The notes below the pieces were generated by a model. The model saw only the letters and a program-made list of their open reading frames with translations, ran no database searches and was not told the DNA's origin. The position numbers and the translations under genes were made by a program. A stretch of DNA of 64,000 bases, taken from contig NC_042997.1 of NCBI RefSeq assembly GCF_006345805.1, positions 89,838,001 to 89,902,000 of the forward strand. The letters are read 5' to 3'. Shown here piece by piece: positions 12,541 to 27,490 of the stretch (position 1 is its first letter; each line of letters opens with the position of its first letter). The DNA comes from Octopus sinensis (taxonomy: Eukaryota).

Positions 12541-13688
12541 TAATAACATTACTACACATCTATGCGATAGGCAAAATAACTACTAGTTGCAACTTATATA
12601 CACAAAAAAAAAAGCAATTTGGCTATTGGGAAATATTCACTTTTCACATATGCTACAACCAATATACTACAGATATGCTGTGCTTTCTGTTTGTCAATTT
12701 TACTGCTACTACTATGGCCCCTGCTTCTCTGAACTAGCAATCTACTTATCACCTCTGCCAAAGCGAATCTAATGCAACTACTTCCCCTATTGTCATTCTT
12801 ACTATGTCTCATCTGCACTAAGCTCTTTACCAAATGTTTCCCCTTTCCTCTCATCAACTGCAATTATTTCATTGTTACTCCCACTATTATACCCATGGTT
12901 TCCTTACTACTCATACCAACCTATAGTTGTTAAAGCTTGAGTTGAACATCAGCCACATAAACCTCACCAGTGTGCAAACATTATGAGTGTCACCCCTATG
13001 TTTTGAACTTAGCAGTAATAGAAACAAAATGAAACAGTCTAACAAATGTAAAAAGAGAGAAAAAAAAAATGAATATTGCAAGAGATGATTATGATGATAA
13101 TGTTGATAGCAACAGAGTATGTTGTTGAGATTGTATGTCTTACTACAATAAAGCTGTAAAAACTTGTTAAAAACAATCAAATTAATCTTTTTTTCTTTTG
13201 TTTTGCAATTGTTAGTGCCATTGGATGCAATTGATTTTGAATAATCAGCTAACTGAATCAAAACAATAAAACAGATTTATATAAACACAGTTTAAGCCTC
13301 AAAAATTGCCATTGATTCTTATCATCTATATTCCAACCATCCCTCAGTAATCAACTCTAATAGCATTTCAAGACCAGCCGAGCATTGGATAAAAAACATT
13401 TTGGTATTTAGTTAAACCTCTTTGCATTTTGATTTCAATTCCTACCAAAGTTGATTTTGTGTATTTTCCTGAATAGTTAAAGTAAATACTAGTCAAGTAC
13501 TCAGTTTATATAATTAACTACAACTCTGCTTCAAAGTTTGTGGTCATTTGTGTCAGTGTTAGAAATCATCAGTGTTGGTGTCACTGTTCCAATATTGTTC
13601 TCTTTTGCTGAACTACTATGTTACAGAGATATAAACAAAGCAATACTGGTTGTCAAGCAATGATGGGTGAGGAGAAAACACGCGCGTG

Positions 13689-13731
<43 letters not shown>

Positions 13732-13732
13732 G

Positions 13733-13897
13733 AAGGCTTCCACTCAGTTTCTGTCTCCCAAATTCACTCACAAGGCAGTGGTTGGCCTGGGGCTATATTA
13801 GAAGACTCTTGTTCAAGTTAATGTGGAGTGGGACTAAACGTGAAGCTGTGTAATTTCAAAGTGAACTGCTTAACCACACAGCCATGCCTGCACCTAT
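13733..13897 (-). mobile_element. SINE family A, 5' half
   Basis: Ends taaccacacagccatgcctgcacc, the reverse complement of the head. Confidence 0.7.
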
Positions 13898-14547
13898 GTA
13901 TATTGGTATTTTATAATCTTGGTATTGCTCTTTTTATGTAAAAGCCCCTAACTCTGTCACACATTGGTTTAAGACTTGACAGCTAGAGACAATGTAATTA
14001 ATAATTCCTTCTCCAGCTCCACATAATCTGGAGTCACTTAATATATTCTACTTCATTGTAAAGCTTTGGGGGATTTCTATTTGGAATGTTTTAATTCTGT
14101 TCTGCAATCAAGAACCCTTTAGTCTTAGCTTTGACTTCTGTTTTTCCCACCCAACATTACAAATATTCTTTGTCTATTTCTATCCTGGTTTTCATTTTAT
14201 TCTTTTTAGTTCAGTTCTTAGTTTTCACACAATTTCTGTTGTTTCTTTTCTCTTATCATAAAGTTCTGTCACTTCAACTGTTGGCTTCCTTGAAGACAGA
14301 AAACAAGTTTTTGTTTTGTAGTTCTTTCTATTAATTTACCAGTATTTTTTATGAGATTTTTTGTAGCCATATAATGAATATCTTATAATAACTTTCCATT
14401 TACCCCCCTCCATTCTTCTTGTATTTGTGGTAAATATAATCTTGCAACATCAAATTTGGGATGGTGTTTTCTAAATGGAATCATAATTTTTCTTGTTTCT
14501 TTGCCTAGTTTAACTAGTTTAAAACTATATCTTCTTCCTGCGATACC

Positions 14548-14752
14548 AGAATATTGGTTTCAAATTTTGGCTAAAGGCCAGCAATTTCAGGGAAGGGAGC
14601 AAGTCGATTACATCAGCCCCAGTGCTCAACTGGTACTTATTTTACTGACCCTGAAAGGATGAAAGGTAAAGTCAGCTTTGGCAGAACATAAAGATCAATG
14701 AAATTCTGGAAAAATTTTGCTTGGTGTGCTAACGATTCTGGCAGCTCACCAC
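14548..14752 (-). mobile_element. SINE family B, older copy
   Basis: gaccctgaaaggatgaaaggtaaagtc and gattctggcagctcacc. Similar older copies near 18050-18215, 26058-26272, 46035-46320 and 61820-61950. Confidence 0.75.
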
Positions 14753-17700
14753 TAGGGATCTTAGAATATTGGTGCCTTATTTCCACCCACTCCTTTTTTT
14801 CTCACAACCATCAGAGTGCAAAGTGCTCCTCATGACCACAGGTCCATGAGATTGTTGTGATCAGTAAACAGTTTTGAATGGGAACTGGAAAAAGAAGTAT
14901 GAACATGCAATGTGCACACTGGATTTGCAAAATGGAAGTGTAGAATAAAATCACAATGCACATGTCACATCTCCCTGTTTTAATTATGCAGATAACACCC
15001 TGTTTATATTGACAATGAAAAAATATTTTCACGTAGCTTTGCTGCAATTTTGTTATTATTTTTGGAGGTGGTGAGAATAAAGGAGTTGTGTTTTAAGTAT
15101 TCAGCTAATGCATCTATAGTATCTCTTCTTAATCATTTATTTTCATTTGTGTTTGTTATACTCTGTCAAATTCATTGATTCCTAAGTATCTTTCTATGTT
15201 TTGTCTAATTCTCTCAATTTTTTTTTCTTATCTAATCTAGCATGATATTATTGTTGTTAGTGATACTGGATGTTTATTTATTCTCTGACATTGCAGTTAA
15301 AGATTTGTAAGCTCTCACAATAGCAAGATCTTTGTAATTAAGATAGTTTTCTCCTCAGTGAACCAGTCAAATGTTGTTTTTGGCCTCATCAGTGTTTTAT
15401 TAATCATCTTTACTAATGCCTTATGAATCTCAAATATTTTAACTAGAAGTTTGGGATCTTATGTGCTGGTGCCTTCTAGTTTTTGTCTCCCTCCACCCCA
15501 GCATCTAGGCTATTTCTTGTCTTGTTATAGCTTCCCATATTTGTTCAGATACTGTGTATATTGTTTTGAACAAACTCGTCATAATGAATTATTCCCTGCT
15601 AATACTCCTCCTTAGAATTTCTCTAATTCTCTTGCTGTTGGTGCTCCATTGATTTCTATTGTATTTTTATTTAGCTCTGATATCATTCTGGGTTGGAATC
15701 TAATTGATTGTTTTGTTCAAAAAAATCTTTGTTACTTTTTCATCCCAACAGATTCTTTATGATTTAGCAAGGATCTCTTGTTTCAGGCATTCTTTAATTT
15801 CAGATATTTGCATTTTGTTATATTTCTGTAATATTAGTTTCTCCTTCCTTTTCTCTCATTGTGTCATTTCATTATTGACTTCCTTAAGGATTACAAAATC
15901 TTTTCTCTTATTTTATCTCTTTTCCTCTATACTTGTTTTCCTTATTGTTTGTGTGGGTTTTCAATTACTTATATTGAATAGATATGAGGAAGGATCTTCA
16001 GATCCTCTTTGTAGCTAAACTGGCTGCTATGTATATTATTTCATTTAATCAGGTGATATTAATGTTTGTGTTTCTTTTCATTAAGTCTGTGATTGTCAGT
16101 TTTGCATTTGTTGTTGTTATATCGTTGAATTATATCCTTGGGAAGTGTTGTTGTTGGTCCACAGGAAGCTTTTCTGTTGTTTGTAACTCTTGAATTATTT
16201 CTAGCTTTAGATTTTCATGGTCATAAGTTCCATTTTAGAAATTCCTATTCTTGAATCTTCCTTATATTTTCTTTTATTTATTTTGTGTTCTATTTCAGTT
16301 TTTGTATCAGTATTCTGTAGTTTTATGGTTGCGATTTATTTACTTTTTGTTTTTGCTTTGAACTTGTTAGGTCTAGCTTTTGTAATTTACATTATCTTTT
16401 CTTATATCTTTTGCTTATTTCATTCATTGGTCTGTGGTCATACTGGGGCACCACCTCCAAAGATTTAGTTGAACAAATCAATTCTAGCACTTGTTTCTTA
16501 AGCTTGGTGCTTATTTTGTTGGTCTCTTTTGCCAAATCAGTTTGTTAGATGTAAATCAACCACTGAAAACCTTGTATCCTTTAAAGTCTTCTCTGTCAGG
16601 AGATGCAACTGACAGTATCTACAACTTTAAAAAAGGTTAGGGGAAGACTAAATTCTTTGTTCAGAAGATCAACTGCTAGTAGTAACAGCAGCAACACTCC
16701 TCCTCCATTAGTCTTTTGAAGTTCAGTATTATGTTTAGATCCAGGCTATTTTTTCTCCCAAATTTTATATGGGCATATTGTCATAGTGTTGATTTTTTAG
16801 GTAGAATGTTACTGTAAAATATGTATGTAGTATAGAAACATATTCCTTTTCTGTTTTGTAAGACTTGAGGAGTGAAAACTAATGTAGCTCTTTATTTAGA
16901 TTGTCATCACCATTTTCTATAAGTTTCAGTTTGTTTCTGGTATTGTTGAATTTTGAATGCATCATTTTTTCTGTACTTCTTATGCATTAAATCCATAGTG
17001 GCCATTCCTCTGCTATTAATCCATTAGTAAGTTTTATTGTTGCTTGTCATTTTTTTTTTGTGTGTGTCGGAGTGATAAAATTGGTCTGGGGTTCATATGA
17101 CCCATTCTCTAATAGTCTGTTTATAGTAGCCATTTGATTTATTGTTGGCAATTATATCATGGTAATTTCATTGGTCAGTATGCTAATGCATCATTAGTGA
17201 ATTCATGGTAATGTCAAATACATTATCAGTAAATCCATTGTCATACTGTTTGTCTGCAGAGTTAATTCATCACATTTCATTAAGAATGGTAAAGAAATTC
17301 AAAGACAAAAAAGGAAACGTCTCTAATGTACTCACGATATACATGAAAAACAAATCAGTTACTGTTGAAAAAGACAGAGTAAAAAAAAAAAATGTAACTG
17401 TTTAGATTGGAGGAAGGAAGAACTATTCTAAAAAAGACCAATAATGAACAATATCTCCTAAATAATCCAGTATTTCACAAGTTTCATGCATTGAATTCTC
17501 ACTGGGTTATCTTTATATTTCTTTTTCCAATGTGGAGTTTCTGCTATAGTAACTGCAATATATTGTTTGGTCATTACTTTGTTTTTATTTGTTTCTCACT
17601 TGTTTCTTCTACATGATTCTTAAAAAGTTTCTGGATCATAAGATGAGTGGTTTGTGTTTTTTGTTTTATCGTTAATGAAATGCAACATATTCATTCTGTT

Positions 17701-20259
17701 TTCTGCAAATAGAATCTCTTTAAATAGTGTTAAGTTTTGTATTTATTCTGTAACAAATAATAAAAAAAAGCAACAAAACATGGTAACGAATTTACAAATG
17801 ATGTATTTGGTATGACTATGAATTTTACCTATGATCTATTGGCTCAAAATGTAATTACTCTGGAATGAAATTACAGGTGATGTATATGTTATGATGTACT
17901 TACCTGCAATGTACTTATTATGTTGAATTTTTTCTTTCTTGAGGCCCTTGAACCAACCATAAGGTTGGTTACCTGGTTTTCATGTTGTATAAAATGACTG
18001 AGATCATAACATTCTCTCTGAACAGGATGCTGGTCTGTTACAGGGAAATTTCAAAGGAAAGTACATCAACCCCAGTATTTGACTAATACTTTATTTTATT
18101 GACCCCCAAAAGATCAAAGGTAATATTGGCCTCAGCAGGACTTGAACTCAGAATGTAAAGAGCTGGAAAAAATGTTGCTAAGTATTTTGTCCAACATACT
18201 ATCAGTTCTGTCAGCTTGCAGTTATTATGTTGAATTACCCATGATGAATTTATTGTGAACATTTGTTTACATGTGATATCCAATCTCCAGCTACTAAGAA
18301 CATTTGTAATGCATTACTTATATGAAGCAATGAACAATAATATTTACAATTGTTACTTACACAAGTTGTCCTTAAACATGTTTGCCATCTGTTTTATTTG
18401 ATATATTTGAATTATTGTTTTCAGTTGTTGCAATTGAATAATTTTTCAAGATAAACGCTATCCTCTTGTATTAAATGTTTCTGTTGTTCTCTATTAAGTG
18501 TCCTTCATACTTTTTTTTTGTTAATATCTTCAGTGTTCTGTTTTAAATGTGCTTGTTGTTCTCTGTTAAAGATTTCCATCCATCCTTGTGTTTGTTAAAT
18601 GTTTGCAATGTTCACTGTTAGACATTCTTGGTATGCACTGCTAAATGTTCCTGATGTTTATTTGAAGGGATTCCCATGTTTTCAGTAAAATGACGTCCAT
18701 CTTTTCCTGTCTAATATTCCCTGTGTTCTGTTAAATGTCTCTAGTTTTCTTCTTCTTTGTAAGAGCATTAGTATGGTAGGGGTCTTGACAAAATATGTAG
18801 CTGCATGGTATGGAAGCTTGCATTCTAGCTATATGATCTCGGGTTCAGTTCCACTGTGTGGCACCTACAATGTCTTTTGTTATAACCTTGGACTAACCAA
18901 AACCTTGTTAGTGGATTTGGTAGACAGAAACTGGAAGAAGCCTTTTGTATATATACATATGCATGTATGATGTACGTAGATATCCATGTATGCATTAATG
19001 AATGAATGAATGAGTGAGTGAATGGTGTGTGTGTGTGCACACTGTTGTTTTGACATCACATGATGGTTATAATTGAGCACTATTGTCGTTCAAGCAATGT
19101 TGTTCATTCCCAGTCTTCTGTGGAAAACATGTCTGGCCATGGGGAAGTATTACCTTTCCTGGAAACAATGAGGGTTGGTGACAGGAAGGATATCAAGCAA
19201 CAAGCACAACACATCTCTTGCATTTTCAGGCGTGTGCCAATGTGAGACACTGTTATTGCTGTTGAAGCTGTCATGTCTAACAAATACACTTCCTTGAATT
19301 GATATTAATGTTCAAAATTGTTTTTCCAAATCTTAGTTCTATACTGCAATGTTTTTGATCCTCTTTTTGCACTATGTTCTGCTGGCAGCATGTGTAATGT
19401 TGTTGTATGTATTGTAGTTATTTCTTGCCTACAAGTATACCAATTAGTAATCAACTAATATTCAGCTTTTATCATTGCTATTTGATCACAAACAAAACAA
19501 AGAAATTAATTATTTCTTTTGCAATCTTCTGCTGCAGGCATTTGAGTCTTTATTGCAGTTCTAGTTATTCAACATGGTTAACTCTTAAAGTCTGATCGCA
19601 TCCCTTTTGTTATTACACTGTTACTTTGTTAATGTTGTTATACTTTTTCTTTTGTTCAAGCTTCCTTTATACTTTGCTTTTGATATATCCCTTTTTACTT
19701 CCTCTTTACTCCAAGCATTGAAATATGATTTCAATAAAACAGTTCTTGTAGTTTAGCCTCAGATCAGACCGAACTACATTGCAGAAACAAGATATGTAGG
19801 ATGTGATTTTAAAGAGATCTGAATAGCTTTAATAGGCTGATGACCAATGTAAAGGCCCTCTTATTGGCTTATCATTTAAAATGTTATATGAATGTGTTTA
19901 TTACATTTGTTCAATATTAGTGAGGTATTTCCTTCACACTAGTTGTCACTTGTCTTAAGCCATGCAAGTAGATTTGGTAGATGGAAACCGAAAGAAGCCC
20001 TTTATGTGTGTGTCCATCCACCTACTGCTTCATGATTGGTGTTGGTTTGTTTATATCCCTGTAAAGTTTGGCAGTTTGGCTAAAGAGCCAGATAGAATAA
20101 GTACCACGATTTAAAAAAGTACTGGGCTCAGTTTGTTTGACTAAACCCTTCAAGGTGGTGCTCCAGCATGGCTACAATCTAAATGACTAAGTACATACAT
20201 ATACATACAATGGATAGATAGATATATTAAACTTTAAAAAATTTCAACTCTTTACACTG

Positions 20260-20885
20260 GCCTATGTATGAGAGACTATTGGTCCATCCTTATTGCTCTA
20301 TCTGTGCCCTTTTTCCTTCCTCCATTTATCTCTCGATTCACTTCAGTCATCATCCTACCTTCAGTCATCATCAATTCACTTCAGTCATCATCACCTGTGA
20401 TGCTTGCTCACTCATTCACTCACTGCTATCCATCACTCCTTCTTGACCTCTTCTCTTTCATTGTCCTCTCCCTACAGCTTCCGCACCACCTCAACAATTT
20501 CATATCTCTGACTTACACTTCCCATGAGCCCCATGCCACTCTGTCAACAAGTCTCTCTTGATCCTAAATATTCTCATCTATTTTTTTTCTTTGATATTCC
20601 CTTGTTCTCACACCTATTCAAATTCACCCTTATTTGCCCTTATAATGTAGGATAACCCTGGACCCTCCTCTATGCAACCCATCTATCAACCTCACCACTC
20701 TTTCACTCCTCTACCACTAGTTACTAGTAATCCCTTCTCTTTCCCCTGTTCCTTTCATATTCTTTCCCTTATTAGTTCTACTCTATTAATCTCTCTCTGC
20801 TATTACCTTCTCATAGCTATAAATTGTTCCTGTTATCAAACTTTATCCTCTCTCATCACCTAGCCCAAAACCATCACACTCTGTC
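20260..20885. repeat. C/T-rich, G-poor low-complexity tract with degenerate ttcagtcatcatc repeats
   Basis: Strong strand skew; three copies of cttcagtcatca at 20341-20390. Confidence 0.75.
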
Positions 20886-22218
20886 TTGCTTTTATTTTCC
20901 TTCAGTTATAGGAACCCCTTTAAATCCTTTAGTTTTGTAAGTTGTGAAGTGACCTCAATAGTTAGTTCCACAAAAAATAAAAATAAATTCATTAAAAGCA
21001 CTTGTTTCTCTCTGTAAAGTGGTTGGCATTAGGAAAGGCTATAGAAATGATACCAAAACAGACACTGGAGCATGATACGCTCCTCTGATTCATAAGATCC
21101 TATTGAATGCCCACTCTTGCAACCATGGGGAGTAGACATTAGATAATGATAGCGGTTGGTGGTGATGACATAATTTATGCTTTAAAAAATCTTAATTGTT
21201 TATGCTTTGTGTGTGTGTTTGTTTTAATTTTTGTTTTGTTTTTCATAGTTTCTGTCTGTCAAATTTCAAAAACATTTCAACCATAACTATCTCAATTTTT
21301 TGTATATCTTGGACTCCATTGTCTAGTGTATCCTTCCTACACACACACAAAGACAGTTAGATGTGATAAAAAAAGATTTCACTAAAATTATTAGCAGGAG
21401 GAGCAATCACATGAAGAGATTTTTTTTCATCAGCATGATGACTTTCATTTTGCTGTGATGGATAGTGAGATACATCACATTGCTTGATTATATTTGGAGT
21501 GAAGATGGAGTGAGAATTGCTTTGAAGTAGGAGAATGCAGAATGTTTGTCATCTTGGAAGGTATCTGGAAACAACACAGCTAGTCCCATACCACACCTCC
21601 AATTCTGACCAAAATTGAAAACAAAATGATAACTGTTATTGAGTGTTGGGCCTCACGGAGGCAAAATTTTTTGAGTTACTCTGTGTGTATGTGTATAGAT
21701 ATCTAAATTTAATAATTTGCAGTTGTATAATAAAATGATGTCTCAGAATTACTTTGAATAAGAATTCATTTCTGCAATTTGTTTAGCCCTTGCCAGACTC
21801 TGCCTCTGGTTTGTGACACAAAATAGTTTATTTTAAAGTGCTCATATTATAAAAAAACCCCAAATAATTATAATAATAAAGCACAAAACCCATCCATCAA
21901 AATTTCATGCAAAAGCTTTTGTTAAATTGGGTTCCAAAATTCTTAATTATTTGTCAACATAACTGAAACACATGGGCATTGTATTTCATTAAGAAACATT
22001 GTCTTGGAAGGGTTAAATATTTCAGTTGTATTTTAATGGCAGAATGTGGAGAGCAATATTCATTTTCAGCAGGAAAGCTTATAAAGAGTTGATAAATAAG
22101 ATAAACACTTTTCCAACATAAATAAATAACGTTTTGGTTGTCAGAATAATTTTGTTTTCATTCTAGATGGTTCACATGATATTTGATGTTGAGTTAAAAA
22201 TTATTTTTCTTTGTATTC

Positions 22219-22219
<1 letters not shown>

Positions 22220-22282
<63 letters not shown>
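22220..22282. repeat. (TG)n microsatellite
   Basis: Direct reading. Confidence 0.97.
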
Positions 22283-22284
<2 letters not shown>

Positions 22285-24174
22285 TGAGTGTGCATGCATG
22301 TCTGTGTGTGTGTTTTGAGATAGTTATTTCGAAATTCATATTAGATTGCATATAGTAAGACCTTGATATTTATTGAATAACGAAATCTGCAACTCTTGTT
22401 TTATCACAATTTCATAATATTTCTATGTTTATTATGATATCTAGATGTTGGTGTGAGAAAGATATCATATGCACTTAACGTAGCACTGCTATGTTTATTG
22501 ATATATCTGTTGGAGAAGATAAAGAGCAGAGATATGATCATAAGACGTTTGTAATATTACTGTTTATTATTACAATGGGGCAGAGAGAATGATAGAGAGA
22601 GGAGAGAGAGAGAGAGTGGTTATATATATTAATACCATTTATATGGGTATTATTATATATTGATTGGCTGGGTGGGGATGTCTGCATCATATTAGGCATG
22701 TAAAATATAGAGAAAACAGTATGTGTATTTATATATGAGACTTCATGTATAAACACCACTGTATGTGTAATGAGTATGCTATGAATATTCTGTCTTTCAT
22801 ACACAACAAATATTAAGGAAAATTGCAAACAGAGAACATGAACACAAATACATTCACACACAATAAATATACATATAGACATTGAGATCATGAATGCATA
22901 CAAACAATACACACACACACACACCACAAATGCACACACGAACATAAATAAAAACAGACAGACAGTTTTGTTCAGTTTTGTTTGACCAGCTTGTTGACAT
23001 TATCACAAAGAAATAATTATAAAAGAGAATAAACAAAATATGAGAACTAGTTACCTTATCTTTGTTTTGATTATTCATATTGACATTCACAAGTGTAGCT
23101 GCCTACTGCTTCATATCTTTCTTTTCTCCTCACCTCCATATATCCCTTTCTCTCTTTTCTGTAGAGACTTTGTTGACATTTCCTGTTGCATGCACTTCTA
23201 AATCAGGGAGATTCTTTATAGGCTATCTCTCAGCCTGCTCAAAATAGTTGCAAATCTCCCTTAAATCATGCCCTACTGTTTGAAGAATAAGAAAGGTGCA
23301 TTACGCAATGTTATAGATAGTTCATTATTGGGGAAAAAATGCAACAAAAAAAAAACATGCAAAGAACAGCAACAAAAGACACAATGGAGATGTCTTTGAT
23401 GATAAGGTTTGTTGGATCAAGACTGACACAGGGTTAAACAGCAACTTAACACACTTCTTGTTTCTTCTCTTTAATAAATCATGCCTTCCGAAAACATTAG
23501 GTCCTGGCTCAGCATTTTCAAGCTGAGTATCCTCTGGAATCTTAGTGTTCTATGAGTGGTTGCTAGGAGTTCCACAAGATATAGTGATGCACAGGTGCAT
23601 TAAGAAGTTTGCATTCTAATCACATGGTCTCAGATTCAGTCCTACTGCATAACATCATGGGCAACTGTCTTCTTCTATAGCTCTTGCCTGACCAAAGCTT
23701 CTGTGTATATCTATTTACATATGTGTGTGTGTGTGCCTTTTTGTCTTGACATTGTGAAATTGTTGTAAATGAATGGCATTCCCTTTCAATATTCTGTGAA
23801 AACCTATCTAGTCATAGGAAAATATTTCCTTGCTTAAAAACAGATATAGATTGGTGACAATAAAGGCATTCACCTGGAGAACACTTCCCTCAATAACTTC
23901 AGTCTGATCCATACAAAAATGGACATTAAACAAGAAGTACAGGAAGGTTAATTGCATGCAAGTGGATTTTGGAGTAATTTTCATGTTTAATTCTATATTT
24001 ATAATTTTAACAGACGTTAAGATTATGAGTATAGAATATGGTGATAAAGATGATGATGATGATGCATGATATATTTCCTAAGCTAGGGTAATCCTGACAT
24101 TCCTAGCTAGTAAAGTGGCCCTGTGGGGAAGAAAACAACCTCTTTATTGGGAATTTTATAGGAGTTTGGTCTAA

Positions 24175-24625
24175 CCCTTTAGCATTTAATCCAGCTCTAA
24201 TATTCTACCTGTTTTAAGGTGGTGAGCTGGCAGAAACAGTATCACCCCAGGCGAAATGCGCAGCAGTATTTTGTCTGTTTTTACATTCTGAGTTCAAATT
24301 CTGCCAATGTTGACTTTGCCATTCATCCTTTCAGGGTCGATTAAATAAGTACCAGTTACGCACCGGGGTTGATGTTATTGACTTAATCCCTTTGTCTGTC
24401 CTTGTTAGTCCCCTCTATGTTTGCCCCCTGTGGGCAATAAATAAATATTCTACCTGTTTTATGTTAAAACTTACCTACTCCAACCTCTCACATCTATCCT
24501 ACAATGTCATTCTAAAAATATACAAACTCAGCATTGAAATCTTGAAGCTTCAAGATTATGCATGATTAATTCAAAACAATGTTGTTAAGCATTACATTTG
24601 ACAAAATAATCTGAATGCCAAGGAG
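24175..24625. mobile_element. piggyBac-type MITE (family P1) interrupted by a SINE
   Basis: Ends ccctttagcatt and aatgccaaggag|ttaa. Related partial copies at about 8555-8690, 26593-26770, 38390-38505, 43777-43915, 43992-44124 and 63105-63522. Confidence 0.75.
24216..24443 (+). mobile_element. tRNA-derived SINE family B (Nin/Deu-like central domain), young copy
   Basis: 17-bp TSD aatattctacctgtttt at 24199-24215 and 24444-24460. A box tggcagaaac, B box gagttcaaattc, and a Nin/Deu-like block gccattcatcctttcagggtcgattaaataagtaccag (domain assignment from memory). Confidence 0.88.
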
Positions 24626-26949
24626 TTAAACAAAATCTTGGTTAAAATAAGATATCTTAAACCTTCTTTATGGCAACTGAGGGATTTAACACTGCCAAAC
24701 ATTTCAAAGCTGCTTTTATGATTTGTTTGATTCATGAAACTTAATTTTATGAAAGAGAGAAAAAAGACTAATGATAAATAATGATTTTTAAATAGGGGTT
24801 CCTCGAGACATGGAGTGTATTTCAAGGGTTAGGAAAAACTGCCCTGGCTCATCTAAAAGACACATCATAGATAGACCACTTCATTTTATTATTATTATTT
24901 TTTTTGCATTATTTTAAAGAATTCTTGTTGTTTCAGCCAGGAGCATGTTGTCTTTTAGTATATCTATGACTACATTGTGTAACTAAGACAACATGGTATT
25001 GTCAATCTAGGCCTAAATTATACAAGGTGTCCTTCCCTTTTTTAAAGGTGGTAGGTCTGATTTGAGGGAGATTTGGCTGCTATTTCTCTTGCAGGCCAAA
25101 TAGCCTCTTAGAAGTTCCTGGTTAGAATCCATATTTTATGGTCTTTGCAGTTAAAAACACATTTGAAAAGTGGGTGGAAATAAGTAGGTTGTTTAAAACC
25201 AAGTTTTGAAGCTGAAAATAAGTCTTTGATAATTTCCTATTTTCATTGGATTAATTGTGTAATTGTGAATCAATCCAAGCCTGAATTTGCATGACAAACC
25301 CCCATTCTTCATGTAAAAGAGATGATTATTACAAAAAATGATGTTAGTTTTATGTAGCTTCAATGTGCTGAGTGAAGAGATCAATGTATTCCATTTGAAA
25401 CTATTAGATGATATAAATGCTTAAATTCTGTGAACTGTCAGTTATTGGCTAGAGTGTTATACTTACAAGTGGGTTCATAGGAAATTACAAACTATCAACT
25501 TTAGGAAGCTGTTTATGCTGTGGGTCAATGACATTTAATTGAAGTAGATTTACATAAATGTAATATTTATAATGTAGCTAATAGAGAGATTTCTTGTTTT
25601 AATCTTGTAAGAAGGAAGACTTTTCATATATTACTTGATGAGGAAGCAAGGTGTTAATGGTAAAGATATGTTTACATTTAAATAAAACAAAGTATGTTGA
25701 TACAAAGGGTGTGAGTGCATAGGAATAACTGTAGAGTTCAGAAGTTTCACATTGTAATTGTGTGCATTTGGGCTTAATCCTTCATCGTGGTATTTGAAAC
25801 CTCAGGTCAACTAAAACCCCATGAAAGGAATTGGGTTGATATAAACTGTGGTGGAGCCCCTCAGATGGACTGTATTTGCTCTTGGGTTGTAAACTTAATA
25901 TGTTGTCCAGTTTAATGCGACCACCTAGCCTTTGAAAATATTTGGCATGCTATTCAGTTGCAAACGATTGATCTGGTTACTCTGGTTTGAAGATAATCCA
26001 TGAGATTTGGTTTCTCTCTTTTTCATTAGTCATGTCTAAACCACAATGAAAACTATTGATTTCAAATTTTGGCACAAAGCCAGCAAATTCGGGGAAGAGA
26101 GTAAGTTGATTACATTGACCCCAGGGTTTAAATGGCATTTAGTTTATCAACCCCAAAAAGATGAAAGGGAAAGTTGACCTCGGTAGAATTTGAACTCAGA
26201 ACATGAAGACAGACCAAATGCTGGGAAACCTTTTGCCTGACATACTAACAGGTTCTGCCAGGTTGCTGCCTTAACTGTAATGAAAAATATTAAAGTAGGA
26301 TAAAATTGATGAGCACTTTGGTGTAATTACTATATTACTGTGTATCCACAATAAAATCTATTTAAAATAATATTTTATATAAGTGTAATTCATCTTCCTG
26401 AGATAAAATTAAGCCTAGGCCATGCATAGTTTGTGCCTTGCTGATGTATTGTAATTTTGACTAGATTAGAAGAACTTCATTGGTCAATACTGAGAGTAAC
26501 ACAAGACATTTTAAAGAAACTTTTTGTGGCAATAAGATTAAATCTGTTGATGGTTAATCCAGAATTGAATAGTAATATGTTCCAAGATTTAACCCTTTAG
26601 CATTTAAACTGGTCCTATCTGGCTAATATATTCTATCTGGTTTATGTTCAAACTGGCTAGGTTTGGCCTCTCACACCTACCCTACAATGTCATTCTAAAA
26701 TAAACAATCACATCATCAAAATCTCAAAGCCATGACGTAATGCATGATTAATACAAAACAATTGAATAAACAAAGAAAAGCAAGTAATATGTTGTTTCCA
26801 TACATCATCTTGTGATGCATCCTGGACACATCGTCAGTGATATTTCCTAAGGTCATTGGGTATTTTGGACCTTTCAAAGATCACATTTTATCACTCAGGC
26901 AACCCAAGCAGAGGTGATCAAATCTCCAGCTTGTGTCTATCAGTGCTTC

Positions 26950-27490
26950 CTACTACTTAATACCTCAGGTATGTGTTGTCTACTATAGTCTTGGATTTAC
27001 CAATGTCTCGTGAGAGAATTTAGTTGACAGAAACTGTGAGGGAGTCTATCATATGTGTGTATGTATTTGTCCCATACCTATTTCTTTATTACCCACAAAG
27101 GGCTAAACATAGAGGAGACAAACATGGACAGACATAGGTATTAAGTTGATTATATCGACCCCAGTGCTTAACTGGTGCTTAATTTATTGACCCCGAAAGG
27201 ATGAAAGGCAAAGTCGACCTCGGCGGAATTTGAACTCGCAACGTAACGGCAGCCGAAATACCGCTAAGCATTTCGCCCGACATGCTAACGATTCTGCTAG
27301 CTCGCCCCATACCACTTGACAACCAGTGTTGGTCTGTTTACATCCCTGTCATTTTGTAGTTTCTCAAATGAGATCAATTGATTAAGTACCAGACTTAAAA
27401 ATAAGTCCTAGAGTTGATCTCTTCAACTAAAACCTTTCAAGGCAGTACTCCAGCATGGCTGCAGTCCAATGAGTGATACAAGTAAAACAT
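26950..27490 (+). mobile_element. SINE family A containing a nested family B SINE
   Basis: CORE-like part at 26960-27050 and 3' half at 27306-27490, separated by the insertion at 27079-27305. Confidence 0.7.
27079..27305 (-). mobile_element. SINE family B, young copy
   Basis: TSD cccatacc at 27071-27078 and 27306-27313. CpG-rich reverse complement of 24216-24443. Confidence 0.88.

Noticed and set aside
15380-15400. Other CTGATGA occurrences (near 9149, 15387 and 34145 on either strand, and 19857)
   Set aside because: None is followed by a helix II and GAAA, so they are not hammerheads.
17904-17972. - strand 69-nt open segment (NQPYGWFKGLKKEKIQHNKYIA) with a strong CAG|gtaagt donor
   Set aside because: The acceptor is weak and lies within a SINE fragment; exonisation is possible but unsupported.
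22036-22095. ATG GCA GAA frame (MAECGEQYSF) resembling the SPPL3 N-terminus
   Set aside because: No suitable phase-2 donor; the frame ends in a stop.
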